A DNA stretch of 61,686 nucleotides, the filler included, from Sphacelaria rigidula (lineage: Eukaryota): NCBI GenBank assembly GCA_964200075.2. It is 10 parts of 10 records of this genome, joined end to end, with 100 filler letters (N's around TTAATTAATTAA, not from the genome) between each part and the next. Parts side by side here need not be neighbours in the genome. Positions count along the whole stretch, not along the records: positions 1 to 6,079 come from CAXNAA020022378.1; positions 6,180 to 12,258 come from CAXNAA020022379.1; positions 12,359 to 18,437 come from CAXNAA020022380.1; 7 more parts are not named here. The stretch is one strand, 5' to 3'. Made by a program: the position numbers and the translations under genes. The notes under the pieces were generated by a model. That model worked only from the letters and a program-made list of their open reading frames with translations, ran no database searches and was not told the DNA's origin. Shown here piece by piece: positions 1 to 13,364 of this stretch (within the stretch, counting starts at the first letter, position 1; each line of letters begins with the position of its first letter).

Positions 1-41
1 GGGGGGGGGCGGGGTGGGCGGGGGGGCGGTGGGGCGGTGGG

Positions 42-76
<35 letters not shown>

Positions 77-96
77 GGGGGGGGGGGGGGGGGTGG
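1..96. repeat. poly-G-rich low-complexity tract at contig end
   Basis: Almost pure G run. Similar G/C runs occur at ~6015-6060, 55640-55700 and 61639-61686, all at or near contig ends. Confidence 0.9.
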
Positions 97-1045
97 ACTG
101 CACGCAACGAAATATTTGCTGAAACGAAAAGATAGCGTACGACAACGGCCGCACTGGTTGGTTGGTCTAAGGCCTTGTTCTCACTACTGTGGCGACGTGA
201 GTTTGCACTCAAACACGTTGGTGCACCCTGTGAGCTATTGCTGCGGACATAGTAGCTCCCCCTATCATTTTTACATATTTGAGGTGATATCGAGTGCGTA
301 TACCATCGCCTGTTTACCTCTTTCGTTACCCCTGAATACACGAAAACATGTCTTTGAATTGCTCGGGTCGAAACGTCACAATTAATGCCCGAGGCGCTGG
401 AGCGCCACAGTGTGAAAGGCACAGAGCTAGTTTCAGCGATCATGGCGGCAGTGACTTTCAACACCGGAGTATATGAGTAGAACAGTTCGATAAAAAATTC
501 CAAGGTCGTGTTATGTAGGTTACGGTTTTTGTATATCCGGGGTATTTACCGGAGTATTACCCATACCCAACAGTTCTGTGAGTTCTGCAAGCCTCCCCTA
601 TACCGGTACACGTCGGTTCTGTAAGATCTGTACGACATTTTCACACGTGCCCGGTAGGGGTATGCCCTTGTAAAAATACTCGGTTGCGGGTCGAAATTTC
701 TATACTACCTCCATACCGCACCCGATAGGTTCCGAAAGTTCTGTAAGACTTCCAGCCCGGTACCCAGCAGTTTTTTTTTTTTTAGTAAAGGAAATCGCCG
801 AATCCTGGAACCGTTTTTTTTCACCCTCATCTACCAAATTATCAAGTCATTGAGAAGAAAAAAAACGATAATTTGAACCAATAAATAAAAAAAAAGGTGC
901 AAAAAGGAATTGCGACACAAATTACAAGATCTGCACGAAACCTCATACCGTTCCAGACATACATACCCCTACGCTTCGGATCACAGTCAGTCTTGGAGAA
1001 ATCATCGTCGCACTTACGTCGACGGTGGGGCACTTCCTGCTGCAG

Positions 1046-1160
1046 GTACGATTTCGATCTGGAGAAACCTTACGACTACATGGTGGCCCGCGTGCTTCTG
1101 GACATCGCCAACAAGAAGGAGGGCTGCGAGCTCTTCCAGGTCGAGCTCGCCAGCGGACCC
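1046..1160 (+). CDS. isolated internal exon of an unknown protein (YDFDLEKPYDYMVARVLLDIANKKEGCELFQVELASGP)
   Basis: Acceptor ctgcag|G, donor CCC|gtaagt, open frame and GC3-rich codons against non-coding flanks. Confidence 0.7.
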
Positions 1161-1440
1161 GTAAGTGTAAATAAATGCGACTTGTACTGGATAATATTTC
1201 GGGTGCTGCTACCTTACTATTTTTCGGCACAGAACATGGGAAGGTTGACGTCTAGGCCGCTCATCTTCCGCAGTCATTGCGGATCACCTTACCGTTTTTT
1301 CGTGACTGTACTGAACTGTGATTAGTGTATTGGTTGATTGGGTGATTATCGCACATCAACTCATTCGCGATAAATGAAGGTGTGGTCACAAGCTAGACGT
1401 GCCCCGAGGAAAGAAATCGGGAAAGCTTGCCGAAGAAAGC

Positions 1441-1473
<33 letters not shown>

Positions 1474-2795
1474 GTAACATAATATTGTGTGTATGTACTC
1501 CGTACTTTGATTTGTGCTCTTGCTGCTTCTTGCTTTGCAGTGACCTAGCTACGTACAGAAGAACCGGGTCAGCTCTCCTTTGTTTTGCACTTTTTCCGTT
1601 GTTAAATCTTGTCTCCGTCGCTCCTTCTTGGTTTTTGTATTACGAATGGATAATGACTTTATCTTCTCGTTGGCATGTTATCATCTTGTTTTTGGCCGCC
1701 ACCTCGATAATATTTTCCTTCAAGAAGCGAGGTTTGTCCCGCCTTCTCCTTCGCCAGTCGTAAACCCTCGTCGCTGGTTCTGTCCCTGCCGGCGCCGCAC
1801 CTTGTCTTCGGTACCAACCATGCAAGGGTGGACAGACTAAGTGATCATCTGGAAATTACTTGATTTTAGTGTAATTGATTCGTACCGTACGAATCAATCC
1901 TAAGGCTTTGTTTTCAGCGTTGCAACCCAGGTACTGTACGCACAGCCCAGGTACGTGGAATGGCGCAAAACGTTTTGACCGCAATCGACTTTGTTTCTTC
2001 TCTTTTTTCGAGCAATCAGGCCTGAGAAATCGTGGATTCGGTGATTCGAAACGGCGATGATTGATCCGAACCGTGCAACCTTGATACGCACTACTCTTTC
2101 TTTGGCTTGTACCCTTACGAAATAATCACAAAGTGTGTTGATTTTTTTTCGGATGTATTCTTCTCTCGGTTACTGTGTACCTTGCCTTGCAATTCATTAT
2201 ACCCAGCAGTGGGTTATTGAATGTCGACCTCTCCCGCTGCCCGTCGACTTTCATCGGGTTATTTCTTTTTCTTCTTCCTGTCATCTCGCATCCCCACGCA
2301 TTCCATGACAGAACCCCCCCCCCAAAACAAAACATGTACTGTCAAGATTCCGACCCTAATATCCGCTTGAAGCGACCATCGAGGCGGCTTGTCGGGCACC
2401 GTTGAAGATTTATTGTAGAGTGTTTGCTACACTGTGGCCCAGCTGCTAAACGGTGGCCACACGGTATTCTCACGGTCTGTCCAGTCGAGTCTGAATCGGG
2501 CAGGTAGCTTTCAAATTCTTCAGATTCGGAACGGGTGCACTTGATATCAGGTAGTTTTAGAGATTTACTAATAATGACAAAGGACTCAGAGGTGGAGGAT
2601 AGTCTATATCCAAGCTACTACGAGGCCCAAATAATGAGCACGGACTGAGTTGCGTGTGGACCGGTCCGCCTCGGATCGTGTCTTTACTGTATTCCTGCTG
2701 GATGTCACGGCAGGAAGCAAAGTGGAAAAGCAACAGGCTTGCTCCATAACTTTTTCTCCTCCAATCCAAAGACACAGCAAATGATACTGTCATGT

Positions 2796-2999
2796 TAGAG
2801 AGTTTCGGAAAGCGCTCTTTCGACATTTCAGAGTGCAAATATCTCAGGATCAGTGTCCAAAATCAGAGGGGAAAAAACAAAAAACAAAAAATTGACGGGA
2901 TACCACATTTGACGGAGGGGGAAATAATTTTGCGTTACATTCTGATCCTGAGATATTGGCACTCTGAAATGACGAACAAGCGTTTTTCGAAACTCTCTA
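2796..2999. mobile_element. ~200-bp MITE with ~58-bp terminal inverted repeats, TA at both ends
   Basis: 2796-2853 (tagagagtttcggaaagcgctc...ctcaggatcag) is the near-exact reverse complement of 2942-2999. Confidence 0.8.
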
Positions 3000-4080
3000 T
3001 TACCGTGAGCGAGGCATTGATCCGCCACACGACATAAAACCGCGGTTGCTAACATTGTTCATCTTCTGCTCTCTATACATTCCAGACAGCGAAGTGGAAA
3101 CCCGTTCAACTACGACGTTCATCCACCCCTCCAACCGGCGAAAAATACGGAGAGCGCGGTCTTCCTCCGTCTGGTGAGCGCTCGCCCCTTGGAAACGGAG
3201 AGTGGCGAGCTCCCGCACAGGTGAGTGGTATCACTCACGCAGATGTTTGTTCAAAAGCAGAGAAAGAGGTGTGGGTAAGGCAGGGTAAGGGCTGCACAAC
3301 TCAAATCATATACTGGACGAGGAAAAATGCGCGCGGGAGGATTTATATAGGAGGTGATGAGGGTTATGTTATGGACACGTTCGATCTTAACCTTTCGTGA
3401 CGACGTTGAATAGGCTGATGTACGCTTCGGCTTCGAATAGTCAAACAATATTTCGCTTGGCTAGAGTAATGCTACGGTAGGGGGGGGTGCACTCATGATC
3501 ATGCATGCCATAGTCATGCTACGGTAGGATGCTACGGTAGGGGGGTGCACAAATATTTCATGAGGTTAGAATTGTTAGCAGTCCTTCATCTCATCTAGAA
3601 CACGACTTATGAAATATGTGAGGCTACGTCAGCATTATTCTTCCAATGTGGTTAGGGATATCCTGGAGGAATTTGCAAACGGAGATGCACTGACCCATAT
3701 TCTTGTGCATCTAGAATAGTTAGGAGCCCCTGCGTCAGACAACATTGAAACACGGGTTCCGAGAAGGAGCACGCAGGGTAGAGCTCGCAGTCGGCAGCCA
3801 ACTCGAACCAGCACCGTAGAGCCTCCAAACGCCAGTATAACCCCGCGTGCGTGACTTCTGGGGTGAGGCTTATAAACTGCCGGGCGCCCCGATTCCACTG
3901 GTAAACACCCATATTCGGGTCTTTAGCGGGGCTGACAGTCCCAACTGCCCTTCGCGTGCGCAGAACGTGTTTTCGTCAAGATCAGCGCCTGCCTATCGCG
4001 CAGTTTTGAGGTCTGCCAACGCCACACTTTGCCTAGGGAACGCTTCACACACACCCTTACCCGAGGGTTCTCGGTATGCC

Positions 4081-4126
4081 TTGGGTTAGGGTTAGCGTTA
4101 GCGTTAGGGTTTTAGGGTTAGCGTTA
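4081..4126 (+). repeat. interstitial degenerate telomere-like (TTAGGG/TTAGCG) tract
   Basis: ttgggttagggttagcgttagcgttagggttttagggttagcgtta. Confidence 0.7.
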
Positions 4127-4632
4127 TTTGACGAAAAAACAAAACGTTTCCGAGAAATTTCTGCACCGACTAGATGGTGAACACACTTCCCCGATTCACC
4201 ATGCCCGGCGGCGAAGCGACGAACTCCAGGGTTTCTTCCGCCATTCACAATGGGCATGTCCCAGCCCCTCAACTTGCATTTCTCTTTGCGTCGCGGACGC
4301 GCGCTTGACGCGCTAGGCGCTACTGCAGCGGGTTCAAGGGGAGAGAAGCGAGGAGAGGACCTTGCGCGAAGAACTTCAGGACTTTTTCGATCATTTGGGG
4401 TTCAAACCTGAGTCAGGATTTTTGACAAAGTAAGAGCGAGTTATAACAATAGTTGTCTTCATCGCACTACTTTTGTTGTTGTGTGTTGACGAGCATCTGA
4501 CAAGAATTGTACAAGAACGAGTATATAGATATGAAGAGTTCAGCCGTCGGCGATATATATATGAGTCGTACATATTTGGGTAGTACCTACTAACTCAAAT
4601 TACAGGCTGTATTTCCCTTTGTTCTGCTCAAA

Positions 4633-4715
4633 GGGGAGGGGGGCGTACTCATTTGTCGTTTGCCTTAGTCGTGTGACCAGTGACCACGCATCCCTTTCGA
4701 GACGGAGCACCCTCC
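4633..4715 (+). repeat. copy of dispersed repeat family A (G-run followed by ...gtcgtttgaccagtgaccacgcatccctttcgagacggagcacc)
   Basis: Similar sequence at ~39804-39940 (+), ~55640-55828 (+) and ~60388-60484 (-), in other contigs. Confidence 0.75.
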
Positions 4716-5035
4716 TCCCCTGAGGGGGGGTATACCGCAGGTCGCCTCCAAATTATCCACGGTTGACGCATGTTGAAAATTGATGCTGAGCCTAACCCCA
4801 GCCCCAACCCCAACGCGGGGCATATCATCGAGAACCCTCGGGCAAGGGCGATGCCGAGAGTACTCTAGGGAAAGCGCCTGTTCGTTCGACAAGGAGGACG
4901 TGACCGGAATCTGTTCTTTTAAACTTTCCCCGATTACAGGGTGTTGTCGTTCCAACTCATGTTGGACTCCTCGTGTTTTTCTCCTTGTTCTGTTTTGCCT
5001 TCCATCACACTCTTGACCCTCCCCTCCTTCTTCGA

Positions 5036-5240
5036 GACGAATCCGTGGTCTCGAGGGATGAAGCCGTCTCTCCCGCGGCACTGTACTTGCCTGACATTTC
5101 GGCATCGCGGGTCGGATCAGTACCCCCGCACCGTATCGACTATGCTTGCATGAAGTTTCTAGATGCTACTCACGACACACGAAATCAGATGCGCCTCAGA
5201 GATTTGCCTCAAGTATATCTGCGTGGATTCGAACCCTCTT
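5036..5240 (-). mobile_element. degenerate copy of dispersed repeat family B, probably SINE-like
   Basis: The motif gagtc(c/t)gtggtctc(a/g)agggat...ctcccgcacc recurs at ~7086-7345, ~11865-11970 and ~58464-58700, usually followed by a degenerate reverse B-box ((g)attcgaac). Confidence 0.55.
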
Positions 5241-6079
5241 TTCTTCTCTGCCGCCCTGAATTTCTTGAGGCGTTCCTGTCCCTGGGCACGGAAACATGGC
5301 GATTTGCTCTTGACGTGCCTAGCGACGCCTAAGCTCTCTCCCACTTCCCGCTTGATTGCCATGGATAAGGACTATAACTCCGCGACCGACACGGTGGGAG
5401 AAACCGACCACATGATCTAGTCCTACTCCAACCCCCCCTTGACATCATCCCTCATACGTATAGACTGATCGTTCACAGCCCGACCGGGTGCGAACGCCTC
5501 CCTCAACGCGCGCACTCGACCTACTGCTTAAACAAAGACACAATCGCCCCTACAAAATAGGACAATATCACCAACAGCACACAAAACGATCGCTTTTGCG
5601 CGCATTTCTTGTTTTATGCTTTTCATTCCGTCAACCATTGCGGCCCAAATATTTGTTTGCCTTTCCCCACCCAACAAATTGAAAACCTTACAGGATCGTC
5701 CGAGCGTTCAATCACGCTCGTTGGAAGGCGTACCGGGAATCGTTCACGCCCAGGAAAGCTGCGCCTGAAAATAGCGCTTTTACTGCTACTCTGCAAGACA
5801 CAGCCCACGGTGGCAAGATCGGTAGCGGCGGTAACGGTGATGACCACCGTGCCGAACGTCGTAGCACTATGTCGACGTCTTCAGCCGAGACGGAGGTGGC
5901 TTCGGACGACTCAGCGTCAGGTACTCTACCATAGTACAGTACATGCACGCGATAATACTGACTGCAGACAAAGCTGCATATCCTACCGCGTTATGGACAG
6001 CATGAACTAGCCAACCCCCCCCCCCCCCCCCCCCCACCCCCCCCCCCCCACCCCCCCCCCAAAAGCCACCCACACAAAC

Positions 6080-6179
6080 NNNNNNNNNNNNNNNNNNNNN
6101 NNNNNNNNNNNNNNNNNNNNNNNTTAATTAATTAANNNNNNNNNNNNNNNNNNNNNNNNNNNNNNNNNNNNNNNNNNNN
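6080..6179. other. artificial contig spacer
   Basis: 44 N + TTAATTAATTAA (stops in all six frames) + 44 N. Confidence 0.99.
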
Positions 6180-7806
6180 CTGCTGCTATCTCTCCAAACC
6201 TACGCTGAATACCGTCCACCGTACTTTTCGATTCTGGGGGCATATAGATGTTCTCGAGGGGGAGGGGGGGGTGCTAATAACAAGACATACATACGCATGA
6301 AACGGGGTACTGATCCATGATGAATAACTTTTCGACAAGAGGTCGACTGAGCAAGCAGCCATGACAAATGAGCCGCTTCGTGACACACAAAGGCTTTATA
6401 CGTCATTGCTCGAGGAATCCGTAGCCGCGCAGTGTACATAACGCCGTCCAGGGTATGCGTGATAATTTTCTTCTCGTACGTTCTTCTCTTGGTGGGTTTG
6501 ATTCCACTACACTCTCCAAGTAAGTGTAGCGGTGTCCCCCCCCGACACAGGTAGGAACGCTTCGATCCTCTTCTTGCTTCCGACAGAATCGGCAAGAACC
6601 AAAAAATAAACATATGGGCCAAGATTCCTACCCCAGAAGAAGGAGCTTCGGGAGGTTCCGGAGTATACCATCCTGAGCAATAAGAACACCGGCCGGGACC
6701 TTCTCTCTAAACGTGGACTCTGTGTCGCCGTAAGATATATATGGTGTACCAAAAGATCTTCACGAGATAGTTGCAAAGACAGGACCATCGGTGGCGCGGT
6801 TTCCGCACCTCACCAGAAAATCGGTGTTGTATTGCTTCCTAACCTACGGTACCGCTTCGCAGACCCCGCTCCTGCGTTGAGAAGCAGGGTCATGAACGCA
6901 ACTGGACCCGAAATTCGCTTCCACCAACCCTTCAGGGATAAAGGCAGTGACCTCTCAACCCTGCGTGGGCCAGAGGTTGAAGCGATGGCATCGACACACT
7001 AATACGCGCGTGACTTGCCTGGTTTTCCGTACTTCTGTTCGGCATCCGTTTCATTGCCCTCCCGCCTCCCTCCTTTCTACGGAGGACGAGTCTGTGGTCT
7101 CAAGGGATGGACCCATCTCTCCCTCAGCGCATGCCTTGCAATTTTTTTATCGGGGATAGGATCGGCACTCCCGCACCAGGTGGACTCTGACCCAGCAGGC
7201 GGTTTTCGCTACTCACGCGTTCATGTTCTAATGGACGAAAACCAAATACTTTAAGAATAAAAACAAATACGAGTACATCTGCCGTGATTCGAACGCCCGT
7301 TTCTCTGACCAAATGCTGTCTGTCAGCCATCAGACCACCGAAGTGCGGTGGCTCTGTCAATGAGCGCTATCCGACCAGGGAACATTCACGCCTTCGTCGC
7401 GATTTTACCTACTCTCTCGTATGAGACAGTAGGGGGTGTTGAGAGCACGATGGGAAAAAACGATCATGCACGCGCTCCGCCCCGATTTTCGAAAGTGGGC
7501 GAAGTCCTCCAAGTAGATGCATTTCCGACATACTTTCTACAGTTCTGTGAGGATTATTCCCATGAACTTTGCCACGAAAAACACAAACGATTAAAAATCT
7601 TCGGACACGATCAATTTTGCTCGAGAAAAAGCTGCGGCTCCTACATGGCGTGAAACAATAAATTCGTCGTTAGGATGTAAGGGAATGTTGTGACCACCAT
7701 GGTGATATCCAACAGACTCTAATAACTGAGAACGTACTTGTGAACCGCAACCAAATTAAGCGTGGCTCGTCAGCTATCGAGCTCGCAGCACAATCGCGAA
7801 ACCTAC

Positions 7807-7905
7807 CACGAATGCCTCAGCGTATAGGGTAGGAGGAGGGGCAACGTTGCACAATGCCAGGACTCGAACCGGCCGATTCGCAAGCTGCGCTGCACCCATC
7901 AAAAT
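7807..7905 (-). CDS. exon 4 (of those visible) of putative GT-B glycosyltransferase-like gene (ILMGAAQLANRPVRVLALCNVAPPPTLYAEAFV)
   Basis: agtcag|ATT ... GTG|gtaggt, 99 nt, phase 0/0, matching the phase-0 end of exon 8569-8714. Confidence 0.65.
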
Positions 7906-8568
7906 CTGACTCGATGGCCGTGCGCCGGGAAGACAAATGTAGCACGAAAAATCGGGAGGGGGTAGGAATGCGTGAACGACGGTTCGGAACAAGGCCCAAG
8001 AGGCGGAAACAGGAAGCGCGAACAACGAACACCGGAGACGGGGTATAGTAGGGATCTTTCAGAGTCGATATTGCACTGTGCCAGGCTGTACGATCTGTCG
8101 GAAACGTCGCTACCGTGCGCTCGAGTCCGCCGTAAAAGTGAATTAAAGCAAGGCTCAATTTGAAAATGACCTGTGCACTACGAGCTCGAGGACCAAAATC
8201 CGGAAATTTTGTTGCGGGTGAGGTATATTATACCCCCAAAATCTGTCGACAGTGCACATCAAAACAACACTCAATTTCAGGGTGGAAGCATACGATCTCG
8301 TCTAGAGGTTTGAGCAGCGAGGGTGCTAAGCGCATAGTGTGTGTGCGGGAGCGGCGATCAACCAATCCAGGTATCCTGCGGCAAAGCTATTGTTTTGGAA
8401 CAGACCTTGTGCGTACTGCAGCGTCAACAGTACGACTATGACATCCTCGAAAAATTGCGCTGCACGAAGGTATAGCACACGAACAAAATCCCGTTATCCT
8501 CGCCCCGTCCTCCAGGCTCGTGGTGCACAGACCACTCGCTGTATCAAACCTTGCAGTATAGCCCTCAC

Positions 8569-8714
8569 CTTCGTGCTTAAATCGTCCAATGAATTCGCTG
8601 CAAGCACGACGTCGAATGCAGACAGTTGGCGAGCATACTCCTTTAGAGGCATGCCGAGGTCCCTGGCTCGGTCTGCCTCGCTCCGTGCTCCCGTACCATT
8701 TTCATCGTCGTATT
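8569..8714 (-). CDS. exon 3 of the same gene (EYDDENG...LSAFDVVLAANSLDDLSTK)
   Basis: aaacag|AA ... AAG|gtgagg, 146 nt. Its first 2 nt complete the codon left by exon 9268-9494. Confidence 0.75.
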
Positions 8715-9267
8715 CTGTTTGATACGTCAATATTTGAATATTTTCGACAGCAGCAGTTGAGACGAGGGCAGACGGGGGTTGGGTGCAGGGTTGTCGAGGT
8801 GGCCAGGGCGTCCCCTAACACACGTCTCAAGACACCGGGGGGTTCATACGAGAATATTTGTACCGCACCCTACCCTGTTCGAATATGTTTCTGTCCGAAT
8901 ATGTTTTAGTGTCAGGCAGTGTGCGGGTACGGCTTAGCATACTGTATCCCATTTGCCCTAGAACACGCAGTAATTCTTTTCGCTCGATACCTTTGATGCC
9001 CTGGAAAACTCAGAATTTTCGGCCGCTGAATTCCCCAGGCTCATTCTGAGTTACTCGGGAATGAAAGAAACTGAAAATCCAGGGTTCCGCGGTGAAGGGT
9101 ATCCTACACTTACCACGGTTGCTACCACGCAGTAGGCACGAAACTGCTTGACCCCAGGCGTTTGCGCCCTACCCTGCCCTTGCGAAAGGAAGGAACGACA
9201 TAAACCGCGGATATACTCTTCGGGGGTTATACATGATATCTTGCTCCTTTTGAATCACACTGGTTAC

Positions 9268-9494
9268 CCGCTGGAACGTCCGCTGTTCTCGATGTGTAGA
9301 AAGAAGTAGCGGCAGGAAGCATGTCGATGGACACGCCGGCCTCGATGGCGTTCAGCGCCTGCTCTACCCACGCAGGGTTGCCGGTGGGTATCTCTACGGC
9401 TCGAACCGGGACAAGCAAGGCGGCGAGACGCGCCCAGAGCGATTCTCGGGAGACGGCTGATGCTTGTTGAGCGGTGAACCACGCTATGTCGTAA
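9268..9494 (-). CDS. exon 2 of the same gene (YDIAWFTAQQ...RAVEIP...TADVPA)
   Basis: aatcag|T ... G|gtaacc, 227 nt, phases consistent with both neighbouring exons. Confidence 0.75.
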
Positions 9495-10342
9495 CTGATT
9501 CCCCAAGAGTGGCGCGTTCAAGGATCGGCGGCGGAGGGTACACCAAAGAACGGCATCGGTCGATCGATTGATTGATCCGTTGATTGACTGGCTGCCTCGC
9601 GTAAGCTGATCCGCTTCATACCAAATCTTGTTGTTGAAATATACACTCGCTAACCTATACTTCGAGCAGTACAGAGTCCATGCAAATGCAATAATTTATC
9701 GGTAATCGGTAAGAGGACGATGTGCGGGGACCCTGCCACTTCGTGCCGTCTACATCTCGTTTTCACACAGGGTGTGCCACATCTCGGAATATGACATCGT
9801 TCATTCGTGCATATAAGAGGTTCTCGTCGGCTGTTTCAGCACTTGAGGCAAACATAATCACCTCACGATACAGGCGGCACATATAAGTCAGCATAAGCAA
9901 TGAATCGGGGCTTTTCGGCCCGTCAAAAGTTGGTGTGGACTAAGGTTTCATCATTGGCGACATGAACCGCGATAAGATGTGCTGAGCGATGAAGCGAGTG
10001 ATTTCGGCTTGTCGCAATGTGGTCTTGATATTACGGATTCACTACTTCATTATGACGTTTCGGATCCCGGCGCGGGAGAACTGAATTGAAGATTCAAAGC
10101 AGAAGGGGCAACCGTGAACCTCGGTGCACGAGAATGCACCACTTGCTGCCCGCCCGCCAGCGGGCGGACAAAGTGTAACACCAGACAGAGCACCGTGGAC
10201 ATCAATTATTCACCCTAGATGTCAGCATTTATTCACAAGGTGCACAGCGACGACACGCGTAAAAAATAGATACTACGGTAACCATGGGAAAAAAATGTAC
10301 AAAACAAGGTTCTGCGTATTTCAAAGGATGTTTTTTGCTCAC

Positions 10343-11157
10343 TTTTTGGTGAACCCCGCGCACAATTTGACAAACGCCCGGTTTTGACTGTGATTCTCCA
10401 ACGTGTTGCTGACGATTGCAATCTTGACCATCTCCCCCGCTTCCTCCTTTGCCCCCCCCCCCTCCTGCGAGTCCCCATCTTCCGAGTTTTCAGGTTCATC
10501 GAAACGAAGACTGACACGAGCATCACCCGCCCTCTTTTCGCACAGGCCCCGACTTGCGCTAGCGCACCGTTCGTGTGAATCACCGTCCACACACTCCCTG
10601 CCGGCACCGGTGAGGCATCCTCCCGGCGATAAGCCACCTCTTTCGTCCCCGCCATCTCCATCAATATTGTCGAGAAAAAAAGTAAATTTTCCGTCCTCAA
10701 AAATGTCCCTCTTGCCGTTACCAGCACCATCACCGCCACCGCCACCGCCACCGGTATGCTGTACAAGATCTACGGTGCGGGCTCCAATTGGGTCAGCTAC
10801 CGGACCACCGCCGTCGGCGCCCCGACGTGACGCCGCTGAAAAGGCATTCCGACGGTTTCGTATTTGGTCGGCCCCTTGCCACCCCGGTCCAACGACGTCA
10901 ACCAATACGCTATCGGAGGCCAAGAGAGTCGCGGAGTGTCGGGTGGTCGTGCTCGTTGGTGGAGGGGAGGCGCTGGAGATGTGACTTTCTGCGGAACTGA
11001 GGCCTCGGTTTGCCGTAGACGCGGTGACGGCGGCAGGTTCGGCCGTGCCGTTGCGAGTACGAACGATATTGATCGTAACCTCATGGGTACCGGAGGTTAG
11101 ACCCTCAACGGAGACTCGAGGACCAAACACAAGGTGACACGGGTCGGCTCCGTTGAT
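10343..11157 (-). CDS. first visible exon of a putative glycosyltransferase-like gene; low-complexity region ending in VKIAIVSNTLENHSQNRAFVKLCAG
   Basis: aaatag|ATC acceptor, AA|gtgagc donor, open frame of about 270 codons. KIAIVS followed by a helix resembles the first strand of a GT-B N-terminal Rossmann domain; the product call is an inference. Confidence 0.7.
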
Positions 11158-12258
11158 CTATTTCCTTGATGCGGAAGATGAAATTCAAGTGGAAATACAG
11201 GAGGGAGGAGGGATCCACCTCATCATTCCTATTTCTCAATTTCGTGGATAAAGGTCATACAGGCACCAGGAAGAGGATAGACGCGCGACATGAACCCGGG
11301 ACCGCATGCATAGTTGACGCAAGATAGCTTTGTGGACTGACCTACCTTGCCAGAAATGGTAGCGTGCAATTTTCAGCGGCATGTATGACAACCACGTGCA
11401 GGGGCGTTTATTCAGAGTTCATGTGTTTGCAATCGGAGCGTTCCTTATCGCAGTGGTTTCCGGCCAGATTCTCCAAGTTTTGTCTACTTCAGCGTCTTCA
11501 CACCTACAAAAGGAGATGTGAAGCCGTTCGACCAGACGCAACAAGTTACAACGAACGAGCATCGCTCCCAGTGAGTGACAAACCTATCCGTACGATATCT
11601 TCTCAGACCTTCCAATATTTTCCATTCACAGGGTCATTTCAGGTGGGCCACGGAAACATGAACGTTTAAAGCGGGTACCTCTGCGGCATCGAACATGCTC
11701 CTCAAACTATGCGTATAACGGTTTGAACCCTAGTCTTGTTTACGCAGTGCTTCTATTGCACGATAAAAATCCATCCCAAAGCATCCTCACTTGCAGGCAA
11801 CGTGTATTGGGCTCGTGCGCTCGATTTTCTCTTTTTCTCTCGTCATACGTTTGACCCATACGCACCCAGCCCCAAGGGATCAACCAATCTCTTCCCAGGC
11901 ACATGCCTGACATTTTGGTATCGCGGATTGAATCATGACCATCACTACTCCCGCACCGCGTCGACTCTGGTGAAAACCCTTTGCCACTCACGGCCTCACG
12001 CTTTTAACGACAGAACACAAGATTGTCTTCGGAACAGTAGCTAGTACCCACCAGAATCCAAACCATCCACCTTCTGCCCTCCTCGTTCAATGTACCAGTT
12101 GGACCACCGCGGCGTTATTTCCGGGAAATGAGAAAAAACGGAAGTGCGAGCGGAAATCCAGTGGTATACTGAAATCACGTGTAACCCCCCCACACACACA
12201 CACCTCTAGACTCTTGGGTTGGCGTCGAGTGGCAACGGCCCTGTAAAACGAGCCACCA

Positions 12259-12358
12259 NNNNNNNNNNNNNNNNNNNNNNNNNNNNNNNNNNNNNNNNNN
12301 NNTTAATTAATTAANNNNNNNNNNNNNNNNNNNNNNNNNNNNNNNNNNNNNNNNNNNN
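12259..12358. other. artificial contig spacer
   Basis: 44 N + TTAATTAATTAA + 44 N. Confidence 0.99.
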
Positions 12359-13364
12359 TACCGCATTTATTTTTAAACTCCATTCTCGTCTTGTCGGTAC
12401 GAACTCCGAATACAGCACTATTAGTTCCTTACCCGACCAATCTTTACTTCGCCATCCGTCCTTCCTTACCGCGTCTCTCTCGATCTCTTTCGAGAGAATC
12501 TCCAGCTTGTGCATTTGGATTGTATTCGTGGAATATCTCCAATGTACTGGGGCATCCCAATTCTAGTACTCGCTGGGCGTCTGGTTCCTTTCGGTTTTTT
12601 GCTGGCTCACCGACACCAAACAATGCCTCCAACACGGGCTCGTAGCCTGAAGCCAGGCTCAACCGTTTTGACACAAGTACCCCACGATTGTGCCAGGTGA
12701 TCTTCATCGTAAACCATACAGGCGTCCCACGATCGTATCTTCTATCTTCTTGCCCCGCTGCTGTACTGGTTACTCTCCTCCAGGGAGGTCAATTTCACCG
12801 TACAAGGTTCAAGGGCCGCTTGCGCAACACAAGGTCTTCGTCACACCGGGATATCCCGTACATCACTCTTCCACTCCGTGTACGGTGCACCATGGGTCGC
12901 TACTCCACTGATGGCTCCGAGTAGACCTGCGCTGCCGGAAGCTTGGCCAACGATTCCCCCACACTGTGTACCAGTTTTTATCCTTCAAGATCTCACGAAG
13001 TCTACGTATCGCTTGGTACTCCTTCTCATAGGTCATGTGGTCGGTCATCGGTAACGTGTTTGTTTCATGAGTGCAGTAGATCTGGTCATTTATGCCATGC
13101 ATTGTCCACCCCTTCTCTTCATTAGGCGCCTTTTGCACGTAATGTCGGAGACGTTTGGAAACGGCTGACTAGACTTCCACCGCCGAATGGAAACCGGTAA
13201 GGTTTTATGGGAATGTCACCACGACATCCCAACCTCCATGTGAATTTGACATGGAGGGGGTGATGACCCTACCCTATCCGTACTGGTTATATCTTCTGTG
13301 CTTTCGATTTGCATGTAAGCACAGGCGGACATTCGGCTACAGCTGCAGGGTCAAAGGGACAGTA

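Noticed and set aside
4081..4126. True chromosome end
   Set aside because: Short, degenerate and in the middle of a contig.
12359..13140. Retroelement or gene remnant suggested by coding-like minus-strand ORFs
   Set aside because: Several stops in every frame and no motif I can recognise.
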